Shown: positions 55,457 to 64,000 of the stretch, in pieces | Numbering within the stretch: the stretch's first letter is position 1 | How the letters are laid out: every line of letters begins with the position of its first letter | Assembly: GCA_050949225.1 (NCBI GenBank) | Contig: JBMNFI010000002.1 | Location: 197,942 to 261,941 of the forward strand | Direction: 5' to 3' | Source: Bacillota bacterium | GTDB lineage: Bacteria; Bacillota; Dehalobacteriia; UBA4068 | DNA: 64,000 bases | The notes under the pieces: model-generated | What the model was told of the DNA's origin: nothing | The model's input: only the letters and a program-made list of their open reading frames with translations | Database searches by the model: none | Position numbers and translations under genes: made by a program

Positions 55457-56848
55457 ATGTCCCCAATTTCGGCCATTATTTTAGCCGCAGGTAAAGGCAC
55501 CAGGATGAAATCCACTCTGCCCAAAGTTTTACATCAAGCAAATGGAAAAGCCATGATTTCTTATATTACTGAAGCCGCTATACAAAGTGGTGTTCAGGAA
55601 ATTGTGTTGGTGGTAGGACATGAAGCGGAGAAAGTTCGCGGTGTTTTGGGTGAGGAGTTTTCTTATGCCATGCAGACACCTCAGCTTGGCACAGGGCATG
55701 CTTTGCAATGCGCCTTACCGGCCATTAGTTCTGATTGTCAGGCGGTTTTGGTTCTTTGTGGTGACACACCTTTATTGAAAGAAACGACTATAATCGAATT
55801 ATTGGCCGCCTTTTCGGGCTGTGACAGTGCTTGTACTATCCTTTCTACTGTAAGAAAAGATCCGGCGGGATATGGGCGTATTATACGTGACCATGAAGGG
55901 CAAGTAGTGAAGATCGTAGAGGAAAGAGATGCCAGTGAACAAGAAAAAGCTATTCAAGAGGTTAACACTGCTATCTACTGTTTTTCTTACCCTCTGTTAC
56001 TTTCCGTGATCAATGAGCTGAAAAATGATAATAAACAACAGGAATATTACTTGACAGATGTCATTGGGCTTTTAACCCAAAAGGGCCACACGGTAGACAC
56101 TTTTGTATTGGAGGACCAAGATGAAGTGATGGGAGTAAATGACCGTGTGCAACTTTCTTATGCGACAGATGTTTTGCGCCGGCGCAAGAATCAGCAGCTG
56201 ATGCTGGATGGTGTTAGCTTAGTTGATGCAGATCATACTTATATTGAACCAGATGTTCAGATTGGGTCTGATACAATTATTGAACCAAATACTTTTATTC
56301 GCGGTAAAACAGTGATTGGTTCCGGATGTCGGATTGGTCCTAATTGCGATATTAGTGATTCTCAAATCGGTGATGATTGTCAGATTATACAATCCATGAT
56401 GATAGGTTGCTGTGTGGCCGATAAATGTATCATTGGTCCTTTTAGCTATATGCGCCCCGGCACTACCTTAGCTGAGGGGGTAAAAATTGGTGGTTTTGTG
56501 GAAACTAAGAAGGCTCAAATAGGTAAGGGCAGTAAAGTTCCTCATCTAAGTTATATGGGTGATGCAGAAATTGGTGAGGGCGTTAATATTGGTTGTGGCA
56601 CGATTACCTGTAATTATGATGGTTATGGTAAATATAAAACCATTATTGAGGATGGTGCCTTTATTGGTAGCAATACTAATTTAATTGCACCCATTACTAT
56701 TGGACGTAATGCCACCGTCGCAGCCGGTTCATCCATTGGCACAGATGTTCCTGAGGAGGCTTTGGCAATTGAAAGGGCCAGTCAAGCCAACATTGAAGGC
56801 TGGGTCATCAGGAAAAGGGAAAAGATGAGTAATGAACGAACCGACTAA
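55457..56848 (+). CDS. glmU: bifunctional UDP-N-acetylglucosamine pyrophosphorylase / glucosamine-1-phosphate N-acetyltransferase
   Basis: N-terminal LAAGKGTRMKS nucleotidyltransferase motif. C-terminal left-handed beta-helix hexapeptide repeats. Confidence 0.95.
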   Translation: MSPISAIILAAGKGTRMKSTLPKVLHQANGKAMISYITEAAIQSGVQEIVLVVGHEAEKVRGVLGEEFSYAMQTPQLGTGHALQCALPAISSDCQAVLVLCGDTPLLKETTIIELLAAFSGCDSACTILSTVRKDPAGYGRIIRDHEGQVVKIVEERDASEQEKAIQEVNTAIYCFSYPLLLSVINELKNDNKQQEYYLTDVIGLLTQKGHTVDTFVLEDQDEVMGVNDRVQLSYATDVLRRRKNQQLMLDGVSLVDADHTYIEPDVQIGSDTIIEPNTFIRGKTVIGSGCRIGPNCDISDSQIGDDCQIIQSMMIGCCVADKCIIGPFSYMRPGTTLAEGVKIGGFVETKKAQIGKGSKVPHLSYMGDAEIGEGVNIGCGTITCNYDGYGKYKTIIEDGAFIGSNTNLIAPITIGRNATVAAGSSIGTDVPEEALAIERASQANIEGWVIRKREKMSNERTD

Positions 56849-56927
56849 GGTTTTTTAGAGGATAATCAGCGAAAAAGTCGAATAATCCAAGGATAGTTTA
56901 ATTAGATGATATTAGGAGATGAATTGA

Positions 56928-57881
56928 ATGAATAATAACAAGTTGAAGCTTTTTTCCGCTAATGCTAATATGCCTTTATCTAAAGAGATAGCATCATATT
57001 TAGGAATTTCTCTGGGCAAGTCCCAAATGACTACTTTTGCTGATGGAGAGCTGTTTTTAGAAATAGGGGAAAGCGTTCGTGGAGCTGATATTTTCATTGT
57101 GCAACCAACTTGTTATCCGGCTAATGATCATATGATGGAGCTTTTAGTGATGATTGATGCTATGCGACGGGCCTCGGCACAAAGAATTACCGCTGTTATG
57201 CCTTATTATGGCTATGCCAGACAGGAGCGCAAGACAAAAGCCCGTGACCCTATTACCGCTAAATTAGTGGCAAATCTTTTAGCAGCCGCGGGAGCAGATC
57301 GTGTCATGTCTATAGATTTTCATGCCGGTGCGATTGAGGGTTTTTTTGATATTCCCGTGGATCATCTGCCGGGTGTGCCTCTTTTAGCTGAATACTATAA
57401 GACTTTACCGACAGAAAATTTGGTGGTGGTTTCCCCTGATGTCGGTGGGGCTAACAGGGCTCGAAAAATGGCTAACTGTCTGGCGCTGGATGTTGATATC
57501 GCTATTATTGATAAACGCCGTCCCGCTGCTAATCAAACTAAAATCATGCATGTTGTGGGTGATATTGCCGGCAAAGATGTTGTGATGGTTGATGATATTG
57601 TAGATACTGCCGGTACTTTGACGCAAGGTGCTGCTGTTTTAAAAGAGATGGGAGCAAAAAATATTTATGCTTGTTGTACGCATGCTGTCTTTACTCCACC
57701 TGCGCTGGAAAGGATTGAAGAATCCGCTATTTCCCAGATGGTAACCACTAATACTATTCCCATTAACTTTGAAAGACAGGGTAAATGCTCAAAAATTAAA
57801 GTGCTTTCTGTAGCACCTTTAATTGGTGAAGCGATTATCCGTATTCATGAAAATCTTTCTATTAGCCGTTTATTTGATTGA
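56928..57881 (+). CDS. prs: ribose-phosphate pyrophosphokinase
   Basis: KLFSANANMPLSKEIASYLGI start, PRPP-binding loop VDDIVDTAGT, 317 aa. Confidence 0.95.
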   Translation: MNNNKLKLFSANANMPLSKEIASYLGISLGKSQMTTFADGELFLEIGESVRGADIFIVQPTCYPANDHMMELLVMIDAMRRASAQRITAVMPYYGYARQERKTKARDPITAKLVANLLAAAGADRVMSIDFHAGAIEGFFDIPVDHLPGVPLLAEYYKTLPTENLVVVSPDVGGANRARKMANCLALDVDIAIIDKRRPAANQTKIMHVVGDIAGKDVVMVDDIVDTAGTLTQGAAVLKEMGAKNIYACCTHAVFTPPALERIEESAISQMVTTNTIPINFERQGKCSKIKVLSVAPLIGEAIIRIHENLSISRLFD

Positions 57882-57895
57882 GCCGACTAAAATTA

Positions 57896-57921
57896 AAAAG
57901 AGCGCCTGAGGCGCTCTTTTT
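57896..57921 (+). terminator. rho-independent terminator after prs
   Basis: AAAAAGAGCGCC-TGAG-GCGCTCTTTTT. Confidence 0.5.
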
Positions 57922-58017
57922 AAGTAAATTGTGTTGTAGCTTGAAAGAGGTTGGACATGAACCTTGGGAAAAGGGCTTTGCTTTTGAGGTGCTTGGGGAT
58001 AAAAAGGAAGAATCCTT

Positions 58018-58761
58018 TTATTTATCGACGGAAGGAGTCTCACTTTTTAGCGGAGTTTCTTTTGTAGATACCGTTTCAGAAACTTTTTCAGCAGCCGCGG
58101 TTGTTTTTTTACAGTTGATGCTGTCCTCTTTTTTTTGCAGACTTCGTGAGATTTTTTTGGAGGCTTTGATAGTGCCGGTAATCACAGATCCAGCCTTTTC
58201 ACGAGCGTTATTTACCGCTGTACCTACTGCCTTGCCCATGGCTTGGCGTGGATTTATTTCCGGATATTCTAAATAGTTTATGACTTCTTCATCAACCATA
58301 ATAGTAGAGGGTGCGATAGTGATTATGTATTGTCCTTCCAGGGAGATATGACCTTTGAAAAGATTATCTAGGCCGCCGCTGATCTCAAGGGCAGTAATCT
58401 TACCTGTTTTATCATCAAAAAGATATTCCTCTACACGCCCCAGGGTGTTGCCGTTAGTGGTAAATACTTTAGAGCCGATGATATGAATGGGGTTACGCAG
58501 ATAGCGCGTTAAAGGCGGGAGATTGTTTTTTCTTTCTGCATTGATGGCACGATCAATAATAATGGCACTGTCGCCGATGCTTTTGATATTGATAAAGGGA
58601 ATCAGGCGCTCCTCTTTACCCATGCGTCTTTTTTCCAGTAGGAGGGCGACGACCTTTTTTTCTTTGGCATCAATGATAATATTTTTGACCAGACCCATGT
58701 TTTGACCTTCTTGAATGCTATATACAGGCATGGCAAGTATTTTTTTGCTGTGTTTTTCCAT
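58018..58761 (-). CDS. PRC-barrel domain protein (two PRC-barrel-like modules, Lys/Thr-rich C-terminal tail)
   Basis: 247 aa. Repeated modules of the form ..V.D....G.V...I.D..... as in PRC barrels. It replaces the usual ctc/rplY position between prs and pth. Confidence 0.5.
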   Translation of the reverse strand: MEKHSKKILAMPVYSIQEGQNMGLVKNIIIDAKEKKVVALLLEKRRMGKEERLIPFINIKSIGDSAIIIDRAINAERKNNLPPLTRYLRNPIHIIGSKVFTTNGNTLGRVEEYLFDDKTGKITALEISGGLDNLFKGHISLEGQYIITIAPSTIMVDEEVINYLEYPEINPRQAMGKAVGTAVNNAREKAGSVITGTIKASKKISRSLQKKEDSINCKKTTAAAEKVSETVSTKETPLKSETPSVDK

Positions 58762-58865
58762 GGTATGGTTACTCCTTTGTTTTTTATCAGTCTATTTTTT
58801 TGCTTAAGCTTTTATGACTGAAATATTTGTGGTATGATTAATAAAGAAAGTTAGGGAGGTTGGAT

Positions 58866-59447
58866 ATGAAGATAATTGTCGGCTTAGGCAATCCCGGTCT
58901 AAAGTATGCAGTGACAAGACATAATGCGGGATTTTTAACTGTTGATATTTTAGCGGATGCCTTAAATGCTGATTTTAAAGAAAGGGATAAATCATTAGAG
59001 GCACACAGCCTATATAAGGGAGAAAAAGTTATTGTTTTAAAACCGCAAACTTTCATGAATTTAAGTGGTCAAGCCGTAGTTTCAGCGATGAGTTTTTATA
59101 AAGTAGAACCGGAAGATGTTCTGATTGTTTTTGATGATATGGCTTTGGAGCAAGGCAGAATTCGCTTTCGACGTTCTGGTTCGGCCGGTGGACATAATGG
59201 CATGCAATCTATTATTGAGCAGTTAGAGAGTGATCAAATTAACCGTTTGAAAGTGGGAATAGGATCTTCGGTTTTCCCTGATAGCGCTGATTATGTATTA
59301 GGTCGTTTTACCGATGAGGAGCTTCATCTGATGGCGCATATTTTTCGGGATGCCGCAGAGGCAGCGCTCTGCTGGATCAATGAAGGTATAAGTGAGGCTA
59401 TGAATCAATATAATAAAAATAAAGACAGGAAAAATACAGAAGAGTAA
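58866..59447 (+). CDS. pth: peptidyl-tRNA hydrolase
   Basis: MKIIVGLGNPGLKYAVTRHNAGF start (ATG 58866, RBS GGGAGG 6 nt upstream). Catalytic His/Asp context conserved. Confidence 0.9.
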   Translation: MKIIVGLGNPGLKYAVTRHNAGFLTVDILADALNADFKERDKSLEAHSLYKGEKVIVLKPQTFMNLSGQAVVSAMSFYKVEPEDVLIVFDDMALEQGRIRFRRSGSAGGHNGMQSIIEQLESDQINRLKVGIGSSVFPDSADYVLGRFTDEELHLMAHIFRDAAEAALCWINEGISEAMNQYNKNKDRKNTEE

Positions 59448-59532
59448 AAATAAATTTTGCTGTAAAGTTGTTATGGCAAAAGAGCTCGCTTAAAAATCGA
59501 GCTTGCTTTGTGATGTTTTGGGGGATGTTTCG

Positions 59533-62500
59533 ATGAAGAAAATCAAAGTCGCAGGGGATTTACTGAAAATCTGGAACGACTGTGATGAATATTGGCATAT
59601 TGCCCGCTCTTTATGTTTGCATAAGGCACAGGAAATTTGTGGTTTGCCGCCGGTTTTACAGGCTGCCGCTGCGGCATCTTTATGGCAGGAACAACAAAAG
59701 CCTGCTATTTTGGTGACCCCTGATGAGGATTCGGCACAGCTTTTAGCAGAAAATTTAGCTCCTTTAGTGGGTGAACAGGTGCAGCTTTTCCCTTCTTTGG
59801 ATTTATTGCCGTTTGAGGTTTATGCACAGAATATCGAAGTTATCGCACAAAGGATTAAGGTGCTGGCGGCTTTATCAGAGGGGCAAAATTTGTTGGTGGT
59901 AACAGATATTGTTTCTCTGAGTCGTAAGGTGATACCGGCAGCCGAATTTCGGGCGCATTGTTTAGAAATTGTCAAAGGGGAGACTTTGGCTATTGATGAT
60001 TTACCATATATTTTAAATGACATGGGGTATGAGCGGGAGAAATTGGTTGAAATACCGGGTACTTTTAGTATGCGTGGCAGCTTATTGGATATTTTCCCCA
60101 TGGAATCTGAAAGACCGATACGTCTGGAGTTTTTTGACGATGAGGTTGAGTCTTTAAGATTTTTTGATCCCGATAACCAGCGTTCCTTGGCGACTTTAGA
60201 TACTTTTAAATTACTGCCGGCGCGGGAGTTGGTATTGACTAAAGAAGTAAGACAACTTTGTCTGGAGGGTGTGCGTCTGGATATTGAAAAAGCGTCTAAG
60301 ACATTAAAGGGTACGTCTCAAAAATCTTTATTAGAGCGTTTGACCTCTTTTGAGGAATTGCTTGTCAATCAAGTTTGGGATCCGTCTTTAGAGCAGCTAT
60401 TGCCTTATTGTTACCCCCAAGCGGGCAGTTTATTGGATTATTTGGACGATGCTTTGGTGTTTTTTAGCGAGCCTGATCACAGTAAAAGTAATTTATGTAC
60501 GGTAGAGGCAGAACGCTTGTCTTGTTACAGTGATCTCTTGTCAGAGGGACAGTTATGGCAGGGGTTTTACGATAATTTTAAAGGCTTTAATCAATTAGCA
60601 AATGATGCCTTACAGCAGCGAGTGGTACTTTTTTCCCAGCTGACTGTTGACACTTCCATTCCCAGTTGGCAACAGGTGCAAATTTTAGCTAGGGCGATCC
60701 CTGTTTATCATCATAATTGGCAAACATTGAAAGAGGATTTTGCTTATTTTAAGAAGCAAGAATATCAGGTGGTGATCAGTGCCAGCTCGGGGTTGAGGCT
60801 GAAAAGGATTAAGGAAATTTTGCAGGATCTAGGGGTACCGGGCGTGAATTTAATTCAGAGCCAATTGTCGGTAGGATTTGAATCTCCTCATCTTAAAATG
60901 GCTCTAATCACGGAAAAGGAGCTTTTAGAGCAAGAGGGTAAAAAGAAATATCGCCATTTCCCCAAAGAGGGTAAAAAAATCGAAAATTTTTTAGATCTGC
61001 AAAAGGGTGATTATGTAGTACACATTAGTCAGGGGATTGGCATTTATCAGGGGGTGGAGCGACTCAAGTTTAAGGATTCGGAACGTGATTACCTGCATAT
61101 TCAGTATGCAGGTGATGATAAGCTTTATTTGCCTGTAGATCAGCTTGATTTTATTCAAAAATATGTTGGTGATGACAGTAAGGCACCTAAGCTTTATCGT
61201 TTGGGTGGCGGCGATTGGCAGCGTTTAAAAAATAAGGTACGGTATGCCGTAAAAGAGATGGCCGATGAACTGCTGAAAATCTATGCAGCACGAGAGCAGG
61301 CCCAGGGGTTCGCCTTTTCTGCCGACACCTTATGGCAAATGGAGTTTGAGGATGCTTTTCCTTATCAAGAAACAACAGATCAGCTACGAGCTTTAGAGGA
61401 GATCAAGCAGGATATGGAAGGCATTCGCCCTATGGATCGTTTGCTCTGCGGCGATGTTGGTTATGGTAAAACAGAATTGGCTTTACGGGCGGCTTTTAAG
61501 GCTGTCTCCGATGGTAAACAGGTTGCTATGTTAGTACCTACTACTGTGTTGGCGCAGCAGCATTGTCACACCTTTGAGCAGCGATTTACGGATTTTCCCA
61601 TTAAGGTTGCTTGTTTAAGCCGTTTTCAAACTGCCCGAGAGGCCAAAGAAATTTTACGGCAATTGGCGGCAGGGGATTTGGATATTGTGGTCGGCACTCA
61701 TCGCCTGTTGTCATCTGATGTGGTATATAAAGATTTAGGGCTGCTGATAGTTGATGAAGAGCAGCGGTTTGGAGTTACTCATAAAGAAAAGATCAAGTCC
61801 CTAAAGGTCAACGTGGATGTTTTAACTTTATCGGCAACGCCCATTCCGCGGACTTTGCACATGTCCTTGGTGGGGATGCGTGATATGAGTATTATTGCCA
61901 CACCGCCACCGGATCGGCATCCTGTACAGACTTATGTGCTGGAGTATCATGATCGCTTGATCAAGGATGTAATTGCCCGTGAGATCTCACGGGCGGGGCA
62001 GGTGTATTTTGTGCATAACCATGTGCAGGATATTTATGATGTAGCAGGGCGTCTTGAAACGATGCTGCCTGAAGCTAAGATTTTGGTGGGACATGGTCAA
62101 ATGCGTGAGAGGGAGCTGGAGCAGGTCATGATGTCTTTTGTTAATGGTGAGGCTGATATTTTAGTTTCTACCACTATCATTGAATCAGGGTTGGATATTC
62201 CCAATGTCAATACTTTAATCGTAGATGAAGCCGATTGTTTTGGTTTATCGCAGCTCTACCAGTTAAGAGGGAGGGTGGGACGTTCTTCCCGGCAGGCCTT
62301 TGCTTATTTTACCTATCGCAAAGATCGTCAAATGACAGAAATTGCCAAAAAGCGCTTGATTGCTATTAGAGACTTTACGGAATTAGGCTCTGGATTTAAA
62401 ATTGCTATGCGTGATATGGAGATTCGAGGGGCCGGCAATATTTTGGGACCACAGCAGCATGGTCATATTGCGGCTGTTGGTTTTGACATGTATTGCAGAT

Positions 62501-63027
62501 TGCTGCAAAAAGAGATTGCCGCTGCCGGTGGTAAGGCAGTAGAGCATGAAGAGATTAATCCTCTACTGGAATTACCTGTTAAGGCTTATATACCTGATCA
62601 ATATCTTGAGGATGCGAGCCTGAAGGTAGAAATTTATAAGAAGATTGCCTCAGCACAAAGCTTAACTGATATTGATGATCTGGCGGAGGAATTGCTTGAT
62701 CGTTACGGAAAAAAACCACCGCAATTGGATAACTTATTGCGTTTAGGGAAATTGAGAGTGATGGCGCGTGTTCTTTGTATTACCTCTATAATACAGAAAC
62801 TTAGATATGATAATGGTTATTATATAGAGATAAAATTTGCCGATTTTCATCCTTTACTGGGTGAAGACTTTCTAAAGGTCGCCGCAAAATGGCAGGAAAT
62901 AATTTCTTTTGTGAATAAAAAGGAGTTTTTAATCAAACTTGATACTCGAGGTTTAGAAAATGAGGATGTGCAGGAATTAGTAGAATGTTTTGTTGCAGAG
63001 CTATTCGATATTTATCAAACAAAATGA
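59533..63027 (+). CDS. mfd: transcription-repair coupling factor
   Basis: UvrB-homology N-terminus, RNAP-interaction domain, SF2 translocase with Walker A (GDVGYGKTE) and DEEQ box (IVDEEQRFG), TRG motif. About 1165 aa from ATG 59533. Confidence 0.95.
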   Translation: MKKIKVAGDLLKIWNDCDEYWHIARSLCLHKAQEICGLPPVLQAAAAASLWQEQQKPAILVTPDEDSAQLLAENLAPLVGEQVQLFPSLDLLPFEVYAQNIEVIAQRIKVLAALSEGQNLLVVTDIVSLSRKVIPAAEFRAHCLEIVKGETLAIDDLPYILNDMGYEREKLVEIPGTFSMRGSLLDIFPMESERPIRLEFFDDEVESLRFFDPDNQRSLATLDTFKLLPARELVLTKEVRQLCLEGVRLDIEKASKTLKGTSQKSLLERLTSFEELLVNQVWDPSLEQLLPYCYPQAGSLLDYLDDALVFFSEPDHSKSNLCTVEAERLSCYSDLLSEGQLWQGFYDNFKGFNQLANDALQQRVVLFSQLTVDTSIPSWQQVQILARAIPVYHHNWQTLKEDFAYFKKQEYQVVISASSGLRLKRIKEILQDLGVPGVNLIQSQLSVGFESPHLKMALITEKELLEQEGKKKYRHFPKEGKKIENFLDLQKGDYVVHISQGIGIYQGVERLKFKDSERDYLHIQYAGDDKLYLPVDQLDFIQKYVGDDSKAPKLYRLGGGDWQRLKNKVRYAVKEMADELLKIYAAREQAQGFAFSADTLWQMEFEDAFPYQETTDQLRALEEIKQDMEGIRPMDRLLCGDVGYGKTELALRAAFKAVSDGKQVAMLVPTTVLAQQHCHTFEQRFTDFPIKVACLSRFQTAREAKEILRQLAAGDLDIVVGTHRLLSSDVVYKDLGLLIVDEEQRFGVTHKEKIKSLKVNVDVLTLSATPIPRTLHMSLVGMRDMSIIATPPPDRHPVQTYVLEYHDRLIKDVIAREISRAGQVYFVHNHVQDIYDVAGRLETMLPEAKILVGHGQMRERELEQVMMSFVNGEADILVSTTIIESGLDIPNVNTLIVDEADCFGLSQLYQLRGRVGRSSRQAFAYFTYRKDRQMTEIAKKRLIAIRDFTELGSGFKIAMRDMEIRGAGNILGPQQHGHIAAVGFDMYCRLLQKEIAAAGGKAVEHEEINPLLELPVKAYIPDQYLEDASLKVEIYKKIASAQSLTDIDDLAEELLDRYGKKPPQLDNLLRLGKLRVMARVLCITSIIQKLRYDNGYYIEIKFADFHPLLGEDFLKVAAKWQEIISFVNKKEFLIKLDTRGLENEDVQELVECFVAELFDIYQTK

Positions 63028-63210
63028 GTGCTTAGTTTTGCTGCCGTTGTTCACTATTTATTCACATAAATGACATTATTTCATAAAGAGATAAGCTTAT
63101 GATTAAAAGAGCTAATATTTGTGCGATTATGGTAAATTTTTAGTAGTATTTGTAGTATTTTGTGGTATAATTAGCTTGATGATATTGTTGCTGTAGAAAG
63201 GATGAGTTGA

Positions 63211-64000
63211 TTGAAAAAGGTATTTGTTGCACTTTCTTGTTTTATAATTGCTGCTTTACTAATGGTTGGGTGTTCTGCTAAAGGCGGTTCTATAGGTACT
63301 GTTAATGGTCAAGATATTTCCAAGGATGTTTATGAATCTATTTATGAACAAAATAAAGCCTATATGGAGGCCTTTGGCATAACTTTTGATGATGAGCAAG
63401 GGCAGGCCATGCTTTCACAGATTGAACAAAGTGCTTGGCAGAATGCAGTAATGCAGGTTTTGATAATGCAAGAGGCTGAAGAAGCGGGGATTACAGTTTC
63501 TGATGCCGATGTTAAAGCTGATCTAGATGAGGTTATTGCAAACAACTTTGCTAATGATGAAGAATATCAAAAATATTTAAAGGAAAGTGAAATAACTGAA
63601 GCCGAATTATTAGAAAGCTTTCGTCAACAGGCGTATCAAACAAAATTATATGAATATATAACTAAAGATGTTTCTATTTCAGAAAAGGATGCCAAGAAAA
63701 ATTATGAAGAGGATACCAAAAACTATGATAATTTTGAAACATCGCATATCCTAATTGCAGTGGATTCTTCCACAGCAACTGATGAAGATTGGGCTGCTGC
63801 TAAAAAACAAGCTGCGGATTTGATCAAAGAATTAAATAATGGTGCGGATTTTGCTACCGTGGCTAAAGAGCATTCTGATGATGGCTCTGCTTCCGATGGT
63901 GGTGTGATACCTTCTCCGGTGTCCCGTGAAAATTCCGGTCTTTATGATGAATACGTCGAAGAAGTATTTAAATTGGGTGAAGCCGGTAAATATTCTTCAC
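63211..64000 (+). CDS. PrsA/SurA-like peptidyl-prolyl isomerase foldase lipoprotein; 3' end lies outside the window
   Basis: TTG start 63211, signal peptide with lipobox LMVGCSA, SurA-like N-terminal chaperone region, and HILI... at the start of the parvulin domain. The ORF is still open at the window end. Confidence 0.55.
   Translation, partial: MKKVFVALSCFIIAALLMVGCSAKGGSIGTVNGQDISKDVYESIYEQNKAYMEAFGITFDDEQGQAMLSQIEQSAWQNAVMQVLIMQEAEEAGITVSDADVKADLDEVIANNFANDEEYQKYLKESEITEAELLESFRQQAYQTKLYEYITKDVSISEKDAKKNYEEDTKNYDNFETSHILIAVDSSTATDEDWAAAKKQAADLIKELNNGADFATVAKEHSDDGSASDGGVIPSPVSRENSGLYDEYVEEVFKLGEAGKYSS

Noticed and set aside
57878-58276. 132-aa ORF on the plus strand after prs
   Set aside because: It largely overlaps, antisense, the better-supported minus-strand PRC-barrel gene 58018..58761, and starts inside the prs terminator.
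63360-63545. 61-aa minus-strand ORF
   Set aside because: Antisense to the PrsA-like foldase gene, which runs off the window end and is therefore missing from the track. Cys/Ser-rich antisense artefact.

Overview
This 64-kb window comes from a low-GC (~42%) anaerobic Firmicutes-type chromosome. I infer that from the content (hybrid-cluster protein, rubrerythrin, SLH protein, LL-DAP pathway), not from any search. Five zones are visible.

- **1-7.6 kb, housekeeping.** A NifS-type cysteine desulfurase (5' partial), an amidohydrolase, BirA (minus strand), tRNA-Ser(CGA), and two unusual rubredoxin/rubrerythrin fusion proteins.
- **7.8-16.1 kb, type I-C CRISPR-Cas locus.** Gene order is cas3-cas5c-cas8c-cas7c-cas4-cas1-cas2, then a leader and an array of eight 33-bp repeats (GTCGCACCCCGCAGGGGGTGCGTGGATTGAAAT). 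cas3 is split by a -1 frameshift at an A6 homopolymer.
- **16.1-28.7 kb, phage-derived block interleaved with the CRISPR array.** An 8.8-kb head-module element sits exactly between CRISPR repeat 8 and a two-repeat mini-array whose second repeat is degenerate, so it occupies a spacer position. It carries capsid, scaffold, a MuF/gp7 head-morphogenesis protein plus a small overlapping ORF, portal, TerL, TerS, two fibre-like proteins and HicAB. Beyond the mini-array are a partial duplicate of the scaffold/small-ORF junction and a chain of decayed cassettes: a MuF-domain protein with a C-terminal extension, an orphan copy of that extension, three paralogous ~80-aa putative immunity proteins, a scaffold-start fragment, and a decayed small HD-domain gene resembling a (p)ppGpp hydrolase. 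I interpret the block as repeated recombination of MuF polymorphic-toxin-bearing phage-like elements at the trailer end of the CRISPR array.
- **29-36.7 kb.** A hybrid-cluster protein/ferredoxin operon with a divergent Crp/Fnr regulator, a GNAT acetyltransferase, a cupin, an SLH-domain protein and lipoproteins.
- **37-64 kb, core genes.** A tRNA-Arg/Ser/Ser cluster, serS, rmuC, xth, lgt, glnS, glnA, dapF, dapL, nadE, ispE, corA, glmU, prs, pth, mfd and a PrsA-like foldase that runs off the 3' end.
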